A stretch of DNA of 44,338 bases from Catajapyx aquilonaris (taxonomy: Eukaryota): the NCBI GenBank assembly GCA_000934665.2, contig KZ538857.1, forward strand, positions 1-44,338, read 5' to 3'. The translations under genes were made by a program, and so were the position numbers. Below the pieces are notes generated by a model. That model was not told the origin of the DNA and searched no databases. It worked only from the letters and a program-made list of their open reading frames with translations. Shown here piece after piece: positions 23,083 through 37,200 of the stretch (the stretch's first letter is position 1; each line of letters opens with the position of its first letter).

Positions 23083-26000
23083 GTGAGTTGCTCTTGGGGT
23101 GTCACGTGGGGGCATTTGCAATCCAATGTGAAAGTGAATGCAGAAATCTGGTCGACTACTTTTGCATATAGACTACATCAGGATGTGGTGTAGAATAAAC
23201 ACGGGTCAACAGCCCGTTTCCAGTGTCTTATCTGCTATAGAAAAATGTAAACATACGCTAACATGTTTACGTAGTTACCGTAATTATCAAATTAATTTAA
23301 TCCGTATGTTTATATTCGCATTTTTTGGCGCGACAAGGAATGTGCATCTAGAGTGAGGTCATTTGCGAAGAATGTCTGGCCACTGTTGCTGGCCACGTCC
23401 GTCATTTGCGTAAATGTCGGAAGTACGACAGCCTTTTCTGATCTCATATATTGAATCGAGCCCTGAGGTAGCATGGTTCAAAGGCGAAATGCATTCAACA
23501 AGGTCCGTGTTACCAACCCACATTCCGTCATCAAAACACGACAGTTCCGAATCAGTAAGCAGCAGTTCCCTCCGAAAGCACACGGCACAGAGCACATGTA
23601 ATATACAGCGTCATAAATTTTAACATGATTACACAAGGAACAGTTGCAGGGCAACTCATTCTTATTACTTTCCTCTCAAGTAAAACGCGGAATTACGAAC
23701 TTAGACTTTTATTGCTGTATGGATTAAAGGGGATCCAGCCGTAAAGTGCGGCCGGGGGCTGTACAAACGCTACCTCTGCTTTCTTTGGTGCTTTTCCGCG
23801 ATACCCCGGAGTTGCAGCAAAAAAAGAGGAGCAACAATAATTTACCGGAGAAGAAGACGGGTCTACGCGGTTGCTCTTCGGAACTAGTTTTTTTTGCGAG
23901 GGTGTTCTAAATTAGTCCACGAAATAAGCAAGTCGGGGTTTGGATCCTAAACTGGGCGCGTTTTGCTGGGTGCGCTAAGTGAACACAATTCCAGCTCGGA
24001 TGTGCATCCCATTAAGTGCATTTCAGTGCCTAGGAGTGAGAGAATAAAATTAATTTAGGGAACAAGTATACGTGGCAGGGTACCGTACCAGGCAGTTCTG
24101 CGACTTTTTAGTACCTTGAGAACCAAACTAAGCTTTTAGGCCCAAGTACAAGTATGCGGGAGTCAAGTTGAATTAAATGCAGAAGGAGCGAGTCAGCAGG
24201 TGGTGTATTGTGCGAGTTTTTCATTATCGCTTTGTACTGTGCAAACTGAAATGAGCCTTAGGTAAGAGCTTAAAGAATTGCATTGTAGGCCTAGCGTCGG
24301 GGGGAAAAGGTGCAGGGGCTGATTTAATAAGCGTGTGTATACCGTGCGAGCTTTGCTTGATTTAATATTAGTACGACTAACAGTTCCTCGTATTTTATTA
24401 ATAGTGCGGTGTGGTTGCTTTTTCACATGGAATTAACTTTTCGGCTTGGTGTGCCTTGGATAAAAGTGCGCGGAACAAGCGTGTATGCTTTGCTGGAATT
24501 TCGCCACGGTTGAACAGGTTTTATACCAGCAATTTTGCTACAGAGGTAATTTCAGGAGTGCAGTGGACAATTAGGAAAATTGAGGCATTAATATGCTGTC
24601 GTCACAGTGTTATCGCGGGCAATTTCGCTTACATTTATTATGGCATTGTCCACGATAATATTGTGCCGATATTGGCCAAAATATTATTGAGGAATCTTCT
24701 TTTTGTACGTCCTGTGAGTGCCACTACCTGCCTCACACGTGTGAGAGCTGAGTGATGCGGCACCTGTGTAAGCACACTTGGACGATATTAATGCAGGTTT
24801 TTCGATTCGCTTTTAGTACCTTGAACACAGGTACAAGAATGGCGGTGGACAAAAATAGAACCGTGGGCGGAGATCTGGACGGTAGTCGGTTCTCCATCCA
24901 ATAACCTTAATCTCTGGCCTGCGGTTTGTTTGCCCATCGTGTTGAAACAACGGGATAATGTTGGAAAGAGGCATCGGGGGTGATTGCCACGTTTGCTCTG
25001 TCGCAGGCCATTCGATCTACTTTGGTACACTGCCCTTCGTCCGACTCCTTTTTTTAGAACACTCATTTTGGAGAAACCGCTGCCGAGCACTTCATTTCGG
25101 TCGGATCCGGAACGATATGAGCTTTCAGGGTGAAGATTGGATAGAGGACTATCTTTATAGCCTTTGTCATACTATTCTTAAGCGTCACCAGATAGGGCAT
25201 ACTTCACTATCGGGTACACTAAAAATTCAAAATTTAAGAAATATCTATACATGTGCACATACCATTCATTATGGAATGAATCAATACATTGTTTTTAAAA
25301 AATCTGTCAGTCTGTAGCTATAGTTAGCTGGGTTTAAATAATCATTGTTTGCATGAATGTGTGAGCTTTCTTCTCCGTATAATAAATTTGATTTGAAGTA
25401 CATAAAAAATTATTCACCATTTTAAATAATTTTATTCACAGTTCACCAGCTCTGTTTACCTATCAGAAATATAATGAACATGAATTTGGAGTTTTAGTGT
25501 GTGACGCATGTTAGCATGTGCACTTTTGAAGCAAGTACTATCCGGAGCTTATTATGGATATAGGTGGACATATTACTTCGAAAATGGATATACAAGTTGA
25601 AGTTAATAAAGGATCCATTTCTAGCTAGCTTAATTGAGAATGGGAGTCTTGTGAAGCCTGCAAGCTGCTTCCGTTTGAGACTAAACTTGCGTTTAATTTC
25701 CGCCTTGGTACGGAGTTTTAAGTAGTCTTGGAGGGTGCCGTTTTACGTCACGTGAGATTTTTATATTTCAGAAAACGTCCCGGTGGCCTTGCCGGGTGTT
25801 ATCCTGATCAAGGGAGCTGCGAAACTGCAGGCCATAAAAGAAATTAATTTTGGCTGCGCAGCTTCAGCGTACCTTAACAGCATTTTAACCAATCGCCCGT
25901 CGTTCAGAATAAGAGTAAACATATAGGGTACTTAGCACTGGAAGTTGGACGGATCAAGTCCTCGGGTAAAATTGTTGTGTAACAGTTGAAAAGTGAGGCC

Positions 26001-29000
26001 TCCGAGAAGTGTGATTCGCACCCACTTTTCTTCCCTCCTTCTCTTTTTGAGCAAGGAAAGTGTCGGATCGGATGGCAAAATTCGTATTTTCTCAGTCAAA
26101 CGGAAAACTTTGTTTCCAGCAAAATGGCGGGTCCTTTGAATTGCAAACGAATGCTCCGAATTGCTCGCTTTCCTTGTGGAACCCATCTGAACTTTTGTCC
26201 GCACTAGTGCAACCTCATTTCAATCATTTCTATATCCCCTTTGGCGTGATGAAAATGCGGTGGGCTCGGTTCTGCAAAAGGTATATCTTCTAACCGGCTT
26301 TGGCAAGATTGGTTTTCGCAGGCTGTTATGACTAATACCTGGGCGTCAAATGGATATTTGTAATAGTCGTGTAAAATACTTGACAGTGATAGTTGAATAA
26401 AGCGCTACAGTAGCCGGGGATTACTTGAAGGAAAGAGGAGATTTATTTGGCGAGTGTATGAGACATTGATGTGTTACTCGACCCTGTCTGGTGTAGATAA
26501 GGATTACATAAAAATATTTCATAGCCTTGAATCTGTCACCTTAATTGCACATGCTGGTGAAAAGTCGACTACCACAAAGCATGAACAGGAGTGAATAAGC
26601 CGTCACTCTGGACTGCACTTCTGTTTCTGGTCACTGATTTCATCGATTACGCGTACTAGGCCTGTATACTGAGCAAAAAGATCCGGACGACTGGTTATAG
26701 GTTTTGTTCGATTTATTGGAAGAGCAGAGGAAATTAAGGCCATGAAGTATAACTAGTCTCGCCGCGTGACATCGAGGACAGTGTCACACTACCGACGTTT
26801 CTGTGATTTATATTGGATGTATATTTTGTTCTCGCATTTAGATTTATTGAAACACATTACTTTTTATACTGCTATCACACGACCCAGCAACTGATCGATA
26901 GAGCGACACCCATCTGTCGCAGGGAACTATGCAATTCTTGCAGAGGTCACTTGTTAGTGTAGATATTAAGCTTATCAGGCAGATTGTTTGCTCCTGATTG
27001 GAGATGGAGTTCCTCCTGAGTACAGTTTAAATGACGTAATGTCAGGGTATAAGTACATTATATGTGGAACAACACTGCCAACAAGGTTGAACAGATAGAC
27101 ACTCAACTGTGCAGGTTTCCAGCAGATATATTTTCCAGCCGATAGTACTTCGCCATTAGTCTTATTTGACCCCGGATGTCCTTCCTTAAATTTAGCTCTA
27201 TTAGTACCTCTGTATTCATATTGTGTTATTAATAGACAATGTGCCGTCAATAATACAATGAACTACAATTACGACATCAAAACCCTAAATTTTCTATCGT
27301 TGTAACGTAACATATTCATAATAGACTCATCAGTGCAAATAAGGACGTTTCCGTCGCGGATCTTTTATCTTCGATTAGTATGCGACGGAAAATAATATCT
27401 CCTTCGTTATTTTATTTTTATTTAAAACGATAAATTACTGCATTGGAATAATTAACAAAGACAAAGTCCCTACACTAAGAACATTTATCAGGACACTTGT
27501 TAAATTATATGTACCCGGCGCCCACCACGTGAAAATGTCGCAGGGGCGTAATTATAGCCCTTCTGTGTGCAATATAAATGGAGCCGAGTTTCTATAGGTC
27601 TAACGTGCGACTCTGTCCAACCATTCCTGTATGAAATTTAAACGAGTGTGGAACAATCCGCTGTAGTAAAATATTGAGAAAATTCATATATGAACTTTCA
27701 GCAGTGAGTCTGCACTAAAACGACAGTTTAAAATATGCAGAGGTGTACTGTGCTTGGCTGCTAATTCACTGCCACAAGTAGACCGTTTGTACCGATTTAA
27801 AATTCAGCAAATACGTATAGCGTGAGAATGCCATGATTAGTTTAGGTTGTTAAAAATAGTAGTTTTACTAATATGGTAATGTTTACATTGATCTTGCGGT
27901 GAATAAGCGGGTCACACGCCATTGTACTGTACACTGTTGTATAATTATTCACACGTAATGCATGTTTGTAGGCTGCAGCTTTCGGCATGCGTGGATATAT
28001 TCTGTCTTGATCAGTCTGCCTCTAAAAATTTAATTAAGCGAAATAATGGGAGGGCCTCCTGTTTGGAGCCGTGACTAAAAGGCAGTGGGGCTAGTTTCCA
28101 ATTTATGACCGACCCCCATCGGGACTGCAAAGTGCACATGGCCTATGGTCAATTGGCACGGAACCTATTTCCATTCTTTCTGGAGGCCCTGCCTGGCTAT
28201 GTGCGTGACAGAGCATGATGAGTGGAACAGCAGAAAATGACCGTCGCGTCGGGTATAGTCCATGAACTCCCTTGAAACTGAATACATACGAATTAATTCT
28301 TTCAGATGCACGGAATCTCTAGGAATTTTCCGGTGTGATTCTGTTATGAAAGCTGTAATAGCATCGTTACCGTCGTAATTAGGTTAGAAACGGAGTGGAA
28401 ATCTGCTTTTGGTCTGCCTGCTGAATATATGCACAGCTGGTGAGATTGGCTGTAGTACATCCTGCTCCCGGATAAAAATGTCATTGTAGTAACGTTTGCT
28501 GTGTGTCAACATATATATCTAGTCCTCCACCGCACCAAAGCCAACAGAAAATCGCGTACCATTATAGAGTCTGAATCAGGAATTCATAGAACATGTCACG
28601 CGGACTGTGACTTTCCAAAGCTATTCACAGGGTCTGCGGATATGTACGTGACATGGGGCCTGCAGCAGCGCCCAGCATCTGCACCTGACCTATTGATTTT
28701 TTATTTTGAAAAGGCGCGTGGGCCAACGGAATCTTCACCATTTTTACTTCTTTCGAAGAGAGTCGTCAAGCACCTTGAAACACTTATCTAAGACAAGAGC
28801 CACATGCGGTTCTTTCCCAAAATAGACCCATTTACGCAGGGGCAATCCGTTTTCACGACAACGGACTCGGATTGAGTACAAGTGGAGCCTTTTCTTTTGT
28901 TTTCTTGCACTCTGCCGAGGAAGAGTTATTTCCGAAGTGTGTTGTGAATTGTAAGAGACCTTGGGATGTACCAGTACAGTATTGAAATGTGTGGATATTG

Positions 29001-29626
29001 GGTGCAAATTAAATGTGGTAGGAGGGTCTATAAATTATGGTAGTGTCAGTGTTGGTGCATTATGGAGCTCCTTTAAAAGCTGTGTGGGAAATCACATTAG
29101 GCTGTAAATGACCCTTTCGTGCATCCATTAGAATATAAAATTAATGATATTGACGCATCAGCTGGCTCATGGTATGGGTACAAGCCAGATCCTAGTGTTT
29201 ATTCATTAGGACACGTCCGTTTCAAACGACAAATGTACTGTGCGGATATTTTAGATGGGTAAACTAATTAGTGGACGCTGTTTCCGAGCTAAACCCGCAT
29301 TATGTATCCGCAGCGAAGGTGTAGACATTTATTAAAAATTGTTTCGGTTATTAGGCGGCAACAATGCGCCAACGATCTGTTTACACCTGTTACCATAATT
29401 ACACAGTTGCATTGATCATTGTACCGCGTATATCTCTGGCAAATTTATGACCTGTTGGTTGTGAACTCAGATGTCGATCATGGCGTGCAGAAGACGTCTC
29501 CAAATCTAACAACAAGAGGGATCAATAAGACACGAGTTAGTCAACCGTATGTCCATTATTGGACAAGTTTTTGCAATTCCTTTGTTACATTACAGATTCA
29601 TAAAATGTCGATCATTTATTAGGATC

Positions 29627-29846
29627 ATGAGTTCACCTAGTACTCCCAGTTTGGAGAGTTTAGAGCAGGGGATGAATGTCTATGCGGAGGCTAGAGGCAG
29701 TGGGACGAAGAAACCGGAGAGAAGTTTTCTGGTTCGTCGAAAGCCTAAGATCTTCATCAATGACGTGCCAGCCCGCATGTTTGAACCGAGGCCCAGCATA
29801 TTTCAGCGCATGGGATCTGCGTTTTCTGGGTTAAATATCCGAGTAG
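29627..29846 (+). CDS. Candidate coding exon (MSSPSTPSLESLEQGMNVYAEARG...SAFSGLNIRV), unknown product
   Basis: atcATG at 29627 just after an acceptor-like TTATTAG, protein-like composition with a basic RRKPK patch, a GC island inside AT-rich flanks, and clustered donors (TAG|GTAAGG at 29847). Confidence 0.35.
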
Positions 29847-32800
29847 GTAAGGTAGGGACACATTAGTACTTTAGTAATGCCCCATTTAAATTTAAATTTT
29901 TATAAATGAAACCAAAAATTAATGTTGCCATTTCCTGTCGAAACCAGTCTTTACCTCCCAAATGTGATAAGCAGCTTTTCAGACGCGTGAGTCTTGGCCA
30001 ACATATGCACCGGGTCCTGATCAGCACCCGACATGAGGTGGTATCAAGTGGCCCAAATTATGGGGACCATGCATGTATCGGAGTATCACGTGGATCTGAT
30101 TAGGGGAGGCAGGAACTCGTGTTACACGAATGGGTGCACTTGCTGTTCCGTGTTTGCCGGTTGCGAAATTTAATTCGTAACATGTTGAGGTCTATTTTTG
30201 GTCGTGGTTTATATATATACACGTTTGAAGTATGAATGAGCACATGTCCTCTTGGGCCAAGCGAAGGCCACAAATTTGGAACCAGATCAACGGACCTGGA
30301 TTTAGAGGGGGCTTCTATGTGTGGTAGTACAGTACCATTCAGACTTCCAAGTTCTCTCATGGTTTGTTTATTATTCCCATGTCAACGATCAATGGGGTTC
30401 ATCGAATGAAGGAGTATTTGGGAGGGGTATTGGACTGGGAAGTTTCCTGATTGCATTTACACGAGTTTCCTTTGGTAAGACAAGGGAAATGACTTTACTT
30501 CCGTGCTTGACTTACCTATCTGCGAGAGGATGCAATTAGAGTATATACCCGTGATGGGAAAATTGCGCAGTCCGTTATCTAGGAGGTCTCTAACCTCGGT
30601 TCATATCACGTCCGAGTTGGACGTCATGATAATTAAGCCTAAATGTATTTGTTACGGAGGGAGAGTTCATTGTATCTTCAAAGGACAGCCGCTTTGTAGT
30701 ATATTGCACTCTGTAATCCGTCAGTGGGCCATAAGCCCATGACATGTATGAGGTTTGGTGAAATAACATTATCATGGGAAGGTAACATCTCCTGACCGTG
30801 AGTGTAGTTTCATTATTATTCAGTACTTTCTAAATTGAATCAAGACCGCGGAATATGTAAATTATTGTTCAGCTTATTTTACATGCTGTGCTGTTGTGTA
30901 GGAGAAAAATATGTTCAGGTATTGTGGTTGTAAAAATCCCGCGTAATGACGTTACAGGCATGAGTTTTTTTAAGGCGCTCAAATTAAGAAAGTAAGCAAC
31001 TACTCTTGTTTGATGTTGTTCTCTCATAACCTCCTGTAAATTGTGTAGAAACAAACAATATCGGATATTTTGTCATATAATTAATTCCTCCCACACACCA
31101 AAGCCTGGATGGGAGGTAGAATGAATAATTTTTAAATAAAGTAAATAATCTGATCTTTTGTCAATCGATAAAAATCGGAATAACCCTTCCTTCACACTGC
31201 CGGATATTTGTTTTCGTAAGGCCCTTGACATCATTTAATTACAGAAGGGCAAGGCACGGAAGCAGCTCTAAAAATATCTACCCCACGCCACAAGAGCCAT
31301 CAGCCTGTGTATAGCTACATATAACTTATACGCAGGCAAGAGTAATGCCGTGGTTGAATATGCCGGCTTTTCCCAAACTGAATTGTGCAGTGCACCGAAA
31401 GGGCAACAAATTGGACCTGTAGACACGATTGGTACTGTCAAAAGGTGCAACTCTGTGAGCCAAATCTCTCTTTTATTCGCTGTTGCCAATACACCGCGGA
31501 AGTTCGACGATGGCGGGAAAGTTGTTTTTAAGGGTACTGTAAGGGACTTTGAGTGAAGCTTCCGCCTTCTTCAAGAGGGGAATGGACTAGTTTCGCTAAT
31601 AGGTTTGGTTTCCTCGTTTACCCTGGTAAAAGAGGAGCCGAGGAATTTGGGGGGTGCGCTGTGGCCGTCGAAAATGGGTTGACGCGAATGTTTCATGAGG
31701 AGCAATTTGGCTCCCCGCGTGTACACCAGACCGCAGGTTCCGCAGGATTCAGTCGATGTCGGTAGGGCAAACTGTTGACCTTTATATATACATGCAGCGG
31801 TCTACATTTGAGCCTCGACGTTGGGGGCACATGGAGGAATTTGGGCGGGCGATGCAAAATTGCCTAGCGGACATCTGAATAAGTCAAACCCGGGCTGAAA
31901 TGGCAACATTTATTCGCTAACTGGTAAAACGGGCAGTGAATGAGCTAATATTGCTGGTATCGGTCAGTCCAAATTGAGTACTGTAATTTCCCGGCCGGAT
32001 TTTTGGTTATTGAACGGGCATTTGCGGGTAATTGGCGAAAAAGTAGGTTGGCACAGGTGCCACAAATCTAAGGCCTCATTACTGCCCGTTGCGTCATCGA
32101 TTGTTTAATTATATACGTGTGCAACATACTGCACATATAGTCATTAATTGCCCGCCCTCATAACATATGGAACAATTCTGATAATGGTGTCATCAGAATC
32201 CCCCCCTCCAAACAGGGGAACACTGTTGGTCCAGGGGCTGCAGCTTTAAATGAGGACATTGTGTGCGCAGTGTTGTGAGGTCATGTGGATCAGGAGCTTG
32301 ATTGTTACCAGCCAATCAATGTTTCACTATGCGATGGGGTTCCCACAGGACCATTATTTTAGGGACTGTATACAGTACAGTAGCACCCCAACTGTTTTTT
32401 AGGTAAATAGCTAGTGTTGTGCCGAATATTTCGGATTTTCCATTAATAAACGCTGAGTATAAATTGTTATATATATGAGAGGAAGTAACCGCATGGTATT
32501 ACGTTGAAATTTGGCTGTACGTCTTGACCTCATTCTGTAAGCTCACAGGATATTTGGTGGGACTAAAGTAAATCAGGAAGTGGAGTAGTTTAGGCCAGCG
32601 TTACGGTCAGGACCTGGGAGCTGCCAATAACAGCCTTGTACATAATTCATGGACAGAGCGTAACTTTTTTACTGGTTACTATTGATTGTGCGACCCAATT
32701 TACAGCGTTTTACATTTTACGTGTTGGTGCATGGCCTTTGTACGTCGGGTGCGGTTTAATAGGCCGGGATTCCTTAATCATGGCAAGACTCGATTGCTTA

Positions 32801-34222
32801 TTAGCAAGAAAGGGGTTTAGGGAATAATCTAATCGAAAGAAATTTGGGTTAATCAATAGCATTAACCTATGCCAATGACGTTAAGGACGAACATAATTAA
32901 TCAATTCGGGGCGAAGTAGTTCAGGGCAATGACCGATGTGACCGTCCGTCGTTTGTTCTTGTCGTCGAATGAATGGAGGTTAGTTGCTGAGCATCAAAGC
33001 AAACACCGATTTGGGCCATGTTTAGCCTTCTGAGGTGGAAGCGTCTCGGAGAAAGTCTGCTCCGCTATTCCCTGGCACAAATGAAATTCTGAATAAGTAA
33101 CGTCACGATTGATTGTTGGAAGACCAAAGTTAGCGCCGGGCTCGGGTTGTGTGCACTTTGGGATGCCCCCCTGGAGACTCCGGTCGGAGAAGTTGCGATC
33201 TTCTTACAAGGAAGCCGGCCGAGAAATTCAATAGGGAAAAGGTCGCAGGCAGAAGCCTCTTGGCGCCATCTAAATGGTGGGCCGGGCAGGTCGTAGGTCA
33301 GCACCAGCCGTACTGCTTCTGACAAATGCTGGCAGCAGATAACGGAAAATGACCGGATTTTTTTTACCGGGATGAAATGTGTGCGTTGAGCGAAGATTCT
33401 AACGCCAAAGTTGGAAAGTTCCGCATGTGGATATAGATGTCGCCACCTCGAGCGTGAATGGCCTATCTTATCAGCATGTGTTTGAAGAATGGAAAATCTC
33501 CTGTATTGCTCATGTGACGTACCTGTATGGCAGCCCCATACGTTGGTTTTTGGCTGCACTCTTATCGTGATGAGAATTAGTCACGTGCGCGATGTGCTTC
33601 ACAAGAAAAAGAGGACCTCCGTCCTTTTGAGCCATATCTTTTACCCGCCCTCCTCGGTCGGATTTCACTTTAAAACCTCTGTGGAGCCTTCCATCCATCT
33701 TGCGGGCCGATATATCGATGTCGGTGAAGGATCTTGGGCCGCCCACATTGACGGCGAACCCTGGTTTTTTATTCTCCTCAGGTGGTAGGAGTCGGCTTCA
33801 CCATAGGAAAAAAAGGAGCGTTCACCTTGTTCACTTCCAGAACAATATTTACTCGAAAACTCCTCCAGAATTTTAAATCGCTATGCGATTGATGGTCGGC
33901 TGTCCAAGAACTGGCCGTTGGGTTTTATCATAAGGCATGTTGTATGAATGAATTCTGGTGGACCATATGTGAGTCACTGTACAAACATCAGCTGACTTTG
34001 ACGGAAAAAGTGATGTTTCCGCCCGCGGTTTCTACGCAACTGCTGAGGGGAAACTAATCTGTCCTTCGATGTTGGAGCCCTGGTATCACACACCAAGTCC
34101 TTTTATCTTTTTGTGACGGAGGCGGTTTGAAGTGCATCCTGTCCCCTTCACTCTAGGTTTTGTGTTAAGTTGGCGATGACCCGTTAACAGAATGGAGGTC
34201 CCCTTCTCTCTTCATTTTACAG

Positions 34223-34240
34223 GCGGGATGAAGAGACTGA
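34223..34240 (+). CDS. Candidate 18-nt symmetric (phase 1-1) microexon, GGMKRL
   Basis: Strong acceptor CCCTTCTCTCTTCATTTTACAG (34201-34222) and donor GTGAGT (34241-34246). Length is a multiple of 3 and it is stop-free in the phase left by exon 23001-23082. Confidence 0.45.
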
Positions 34241-37200
34241 GTGAGTGTTTGACATTTTGCATTCCGTTTGATTCAAGGGGAATCTGCAGATTAATTGCGA
34301 CTTTTTTTGACGCGTGATCTCAGTACTTGATTTGCCGGGTGCAGTGCTTAGTGATTAAAATTTCAGTTGTCCTTGTGTAGGTTGCACATCGATTTCTGCA
34401 AGTGACTGCAAGTGGTCAATCACGTGGCTCACATAGATTGGTCCACCGGGTGTTAAATTTTTGAACGACTGCAGGGGTAAAAAAAAAGTGAATTTATAGC
34501 TCGACTGCACTTTATTCAGGTAATTACGTCATTACGACTCGATCAGATCAGGACGTAAATATTGTCCGAATCCAGCCAGCCACACTAAAATGACTGAAAA
34601 GGCTCCTAAATGTAAATACAGTTCAACCGACTGGGGACTGAGTAATGGATAATTCGTGTAAGAACCACCCACCGGGTCGATGCTAGCCGAGTGCTGTATT
34701 ATTCGAATGCCTTTAACTCTAGAATGAGACAAGTGCGGCGATCGACTTACCTTCTGCATAATTAGAGAGCCGGCTGAGAAAGATTGGAAGCAGGAATTCC
34801 GCAGCAGCAATAGCTGAGGTTCCGGTGACATCTCATTTCGGTACCAAAGGCTTTCAAGATAACGGTCCGTAAATAACCTCGCCTAATATTATCCAGGCTC
34901 GATTTGGATGCAAATCGCGTGCGATATGATTTCTTTCTTGGAAGTAATGGGAGTCGAAAATGCAAATTACGCCATGCACACACATATAGAGATGATACGG
35001 AAATTGTGGGCTGGTTACTTGATGACGTCAATTTGGGTGCAAATTGTATGTGATAAAAACATGATTCGGTAGAAATGTGCGTGCGTCGTGTACTGTGTGA
35101 AATTGTGCGCGTTGCCCAACTTTGGTTGGCTTCCATCTGCTGATATTATCAGTACTGTACAAGACAAATTGTGATCAGATAACGTTGGATTATGTGCATC
35201 CTTATCGCAACTCATCCATCACATATTTTATCGTCAAGTAAGGCTGCAGCGCCATTATATACCTAGGGAGCGCATTAATAGTAGGATCAGTGTCCAAATA
35301 TTATAGTCGTTAAGTGAGTGGCTCTAAATCGGTTCTCATTATACTCGATGAATGGGCGAAAATCACTCAGGTTTGGAGTCCAGATTGGACAAACACGTGA
35401 TTCTGAGAGCGATAATCTCCCTTTTCACCGAATGAGTGCCATCTGTCACGCCATTTGATTGACAATTGAGTTATATGCAAATCCACTCCAAGTAACTAAA
35501 ACACTACACTGTTTGTGAGCAGGCGCCATTGGCCCACTGTGATGCAAAATGAGTATAAACAGCCACATTGCTTTAGTTCAATGAATTTGAGCATGACAAA
35601 CTAACTTACTAAATGCGGATATAAAGTAGCACTCACTTGTCAGTGAATAGTCTTTCTATGTGCACTGCGATTTAATGGTTTACAATGGGTTCCTTCTTAG
35701 CTAGCCGACTGCTTGTTGTACTGTACCACAGGAGGCAGTAATTTTTTGAAGCGGTGTTTGTCGAGGGAGGATTTAGTGGTTACCTAGCTCTTACGTAACC
35801 GACTTTAATGGCCGGAAGTGCAAGTTATAGGTACTTGCTTACAGTTATCGGCTGAAAATACCAAAAAATCCGCTCGATGCCAAGAAAAGAATTCGCAACC
35901 TGCAAAAATTTTCTTTGAGCTTCAAGGGCCTCCTTCCCACGTCAGCACCGCTAATTGTTTCCTGGCGCCACTTGGATCATTGCCTTTGATGTGTAGCATC
36001 CGAAAGGATTCGCCGAGACGGATGGAATCTGCGGGGAGGGAAAAAAAAGATGAAGTCTACACATTATTGCATCAACAATATTCCAGCCGAAATTGCACAT
36101 TGCTTCTTTTCATCCGAGACGAGGTTGTTTAATTCAAATGGTTCCTTGCAGCCTGGGATTATGACCATCTTATTTGGGCAGGTCCTTCCTGCGACAAAAG
36201 CAAAGCAAACCCGTGGGATTCACGCCCCTTTCATTGCTATATGTACGGCGGCCAGGTCGTCTGTCAGGGCTATTCAAGCCCATCTGGAACGGGGATTCCC
36301 CGGGCAAATTATAGTTATAATGGGCGGAAAGGGGCGGGGGAGGGGAATTATGGTTGGGGATCAGTCTCAGTTTTCGCTCATTTTTGTGTTGGCGAAGTTG
36401 GATAATTAAGGAAACTTCATGCAAAATCATGAGTGTTTTTTAAGGACGTGCGGTGAGCCGGAGGGAATAATCAGACCCGCTCAAGCCTGCGGATTATTTT
36501 GGGGGAGATTGTGGACTACTTTTTTTCCGCGCGAAATAGCCCCATTAGCAATCGCACTTTTTAAAATTTATATGGGCTTATATGGTTGCAAAAACTCCGG
36601 ATGGAGATAGTCTTGGAGCTTATGTAGCCCTTGGGAGAGGTAGGTTGAGTCGAGGCATTAATTTTTTTATATTAAAAGTGGAATGCATGTGTACAGTACC
36701 GTATATGTGTCAATAGAGAATTCCGTCATCATTTATATCCACTCTGGCATTCCATTCTATTAGTGAATCACATTTTTGCCCGCTGTAGATCAAAATAGTG
36801 TACATCATCCCCCAGTGGCCTGTTTTAGGTCGCTGGAGAGCGTAATGTAGTGAAGCGTCATCTCTGACGGTGCAGTGCCCATGCACTTTAATTCGCCTTT
36901 TTTCACCCCCTCGATGTATTATTCATTGTGTGCGCTGTGTTGGAAGGGTAAAAATTGCGAACATTTTTACCTGTGCATTTTCGACAGTTCTTGCGGGGTT
37001 TTTGCGCGTGAAGCGTTGACACTGATGCATATTTACTAGACTAGATCATTACTGTAAATTAATCATGAACAATAGCTGGCTGTATGGGAACTTTTAACGT
37101 CTGAAATCGCTGCATGTACCGTGACTGTTATTTACCTCCAGCTTTTTTCAATGGGCAGCGTACTCCACGAATCTCGATCCGTCATCTACTATCTGATATC

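Noticed and set aside
10263..30015. Shared 14-mer CATATGCACCGGGT (near 10264 and 30002), SWPxYAPG in both
   Set aside because: The similarity does not extend, and a few 14-mer matches are expected by chance in a window this size.
34745..34776. Minus-strand 23-nt exon (CTCAG|...GAAG|GTAAGT)
   Set aside because: Not a multiple of 3 and no partner exons. One or two such sites are expected by chance in 44 kb.
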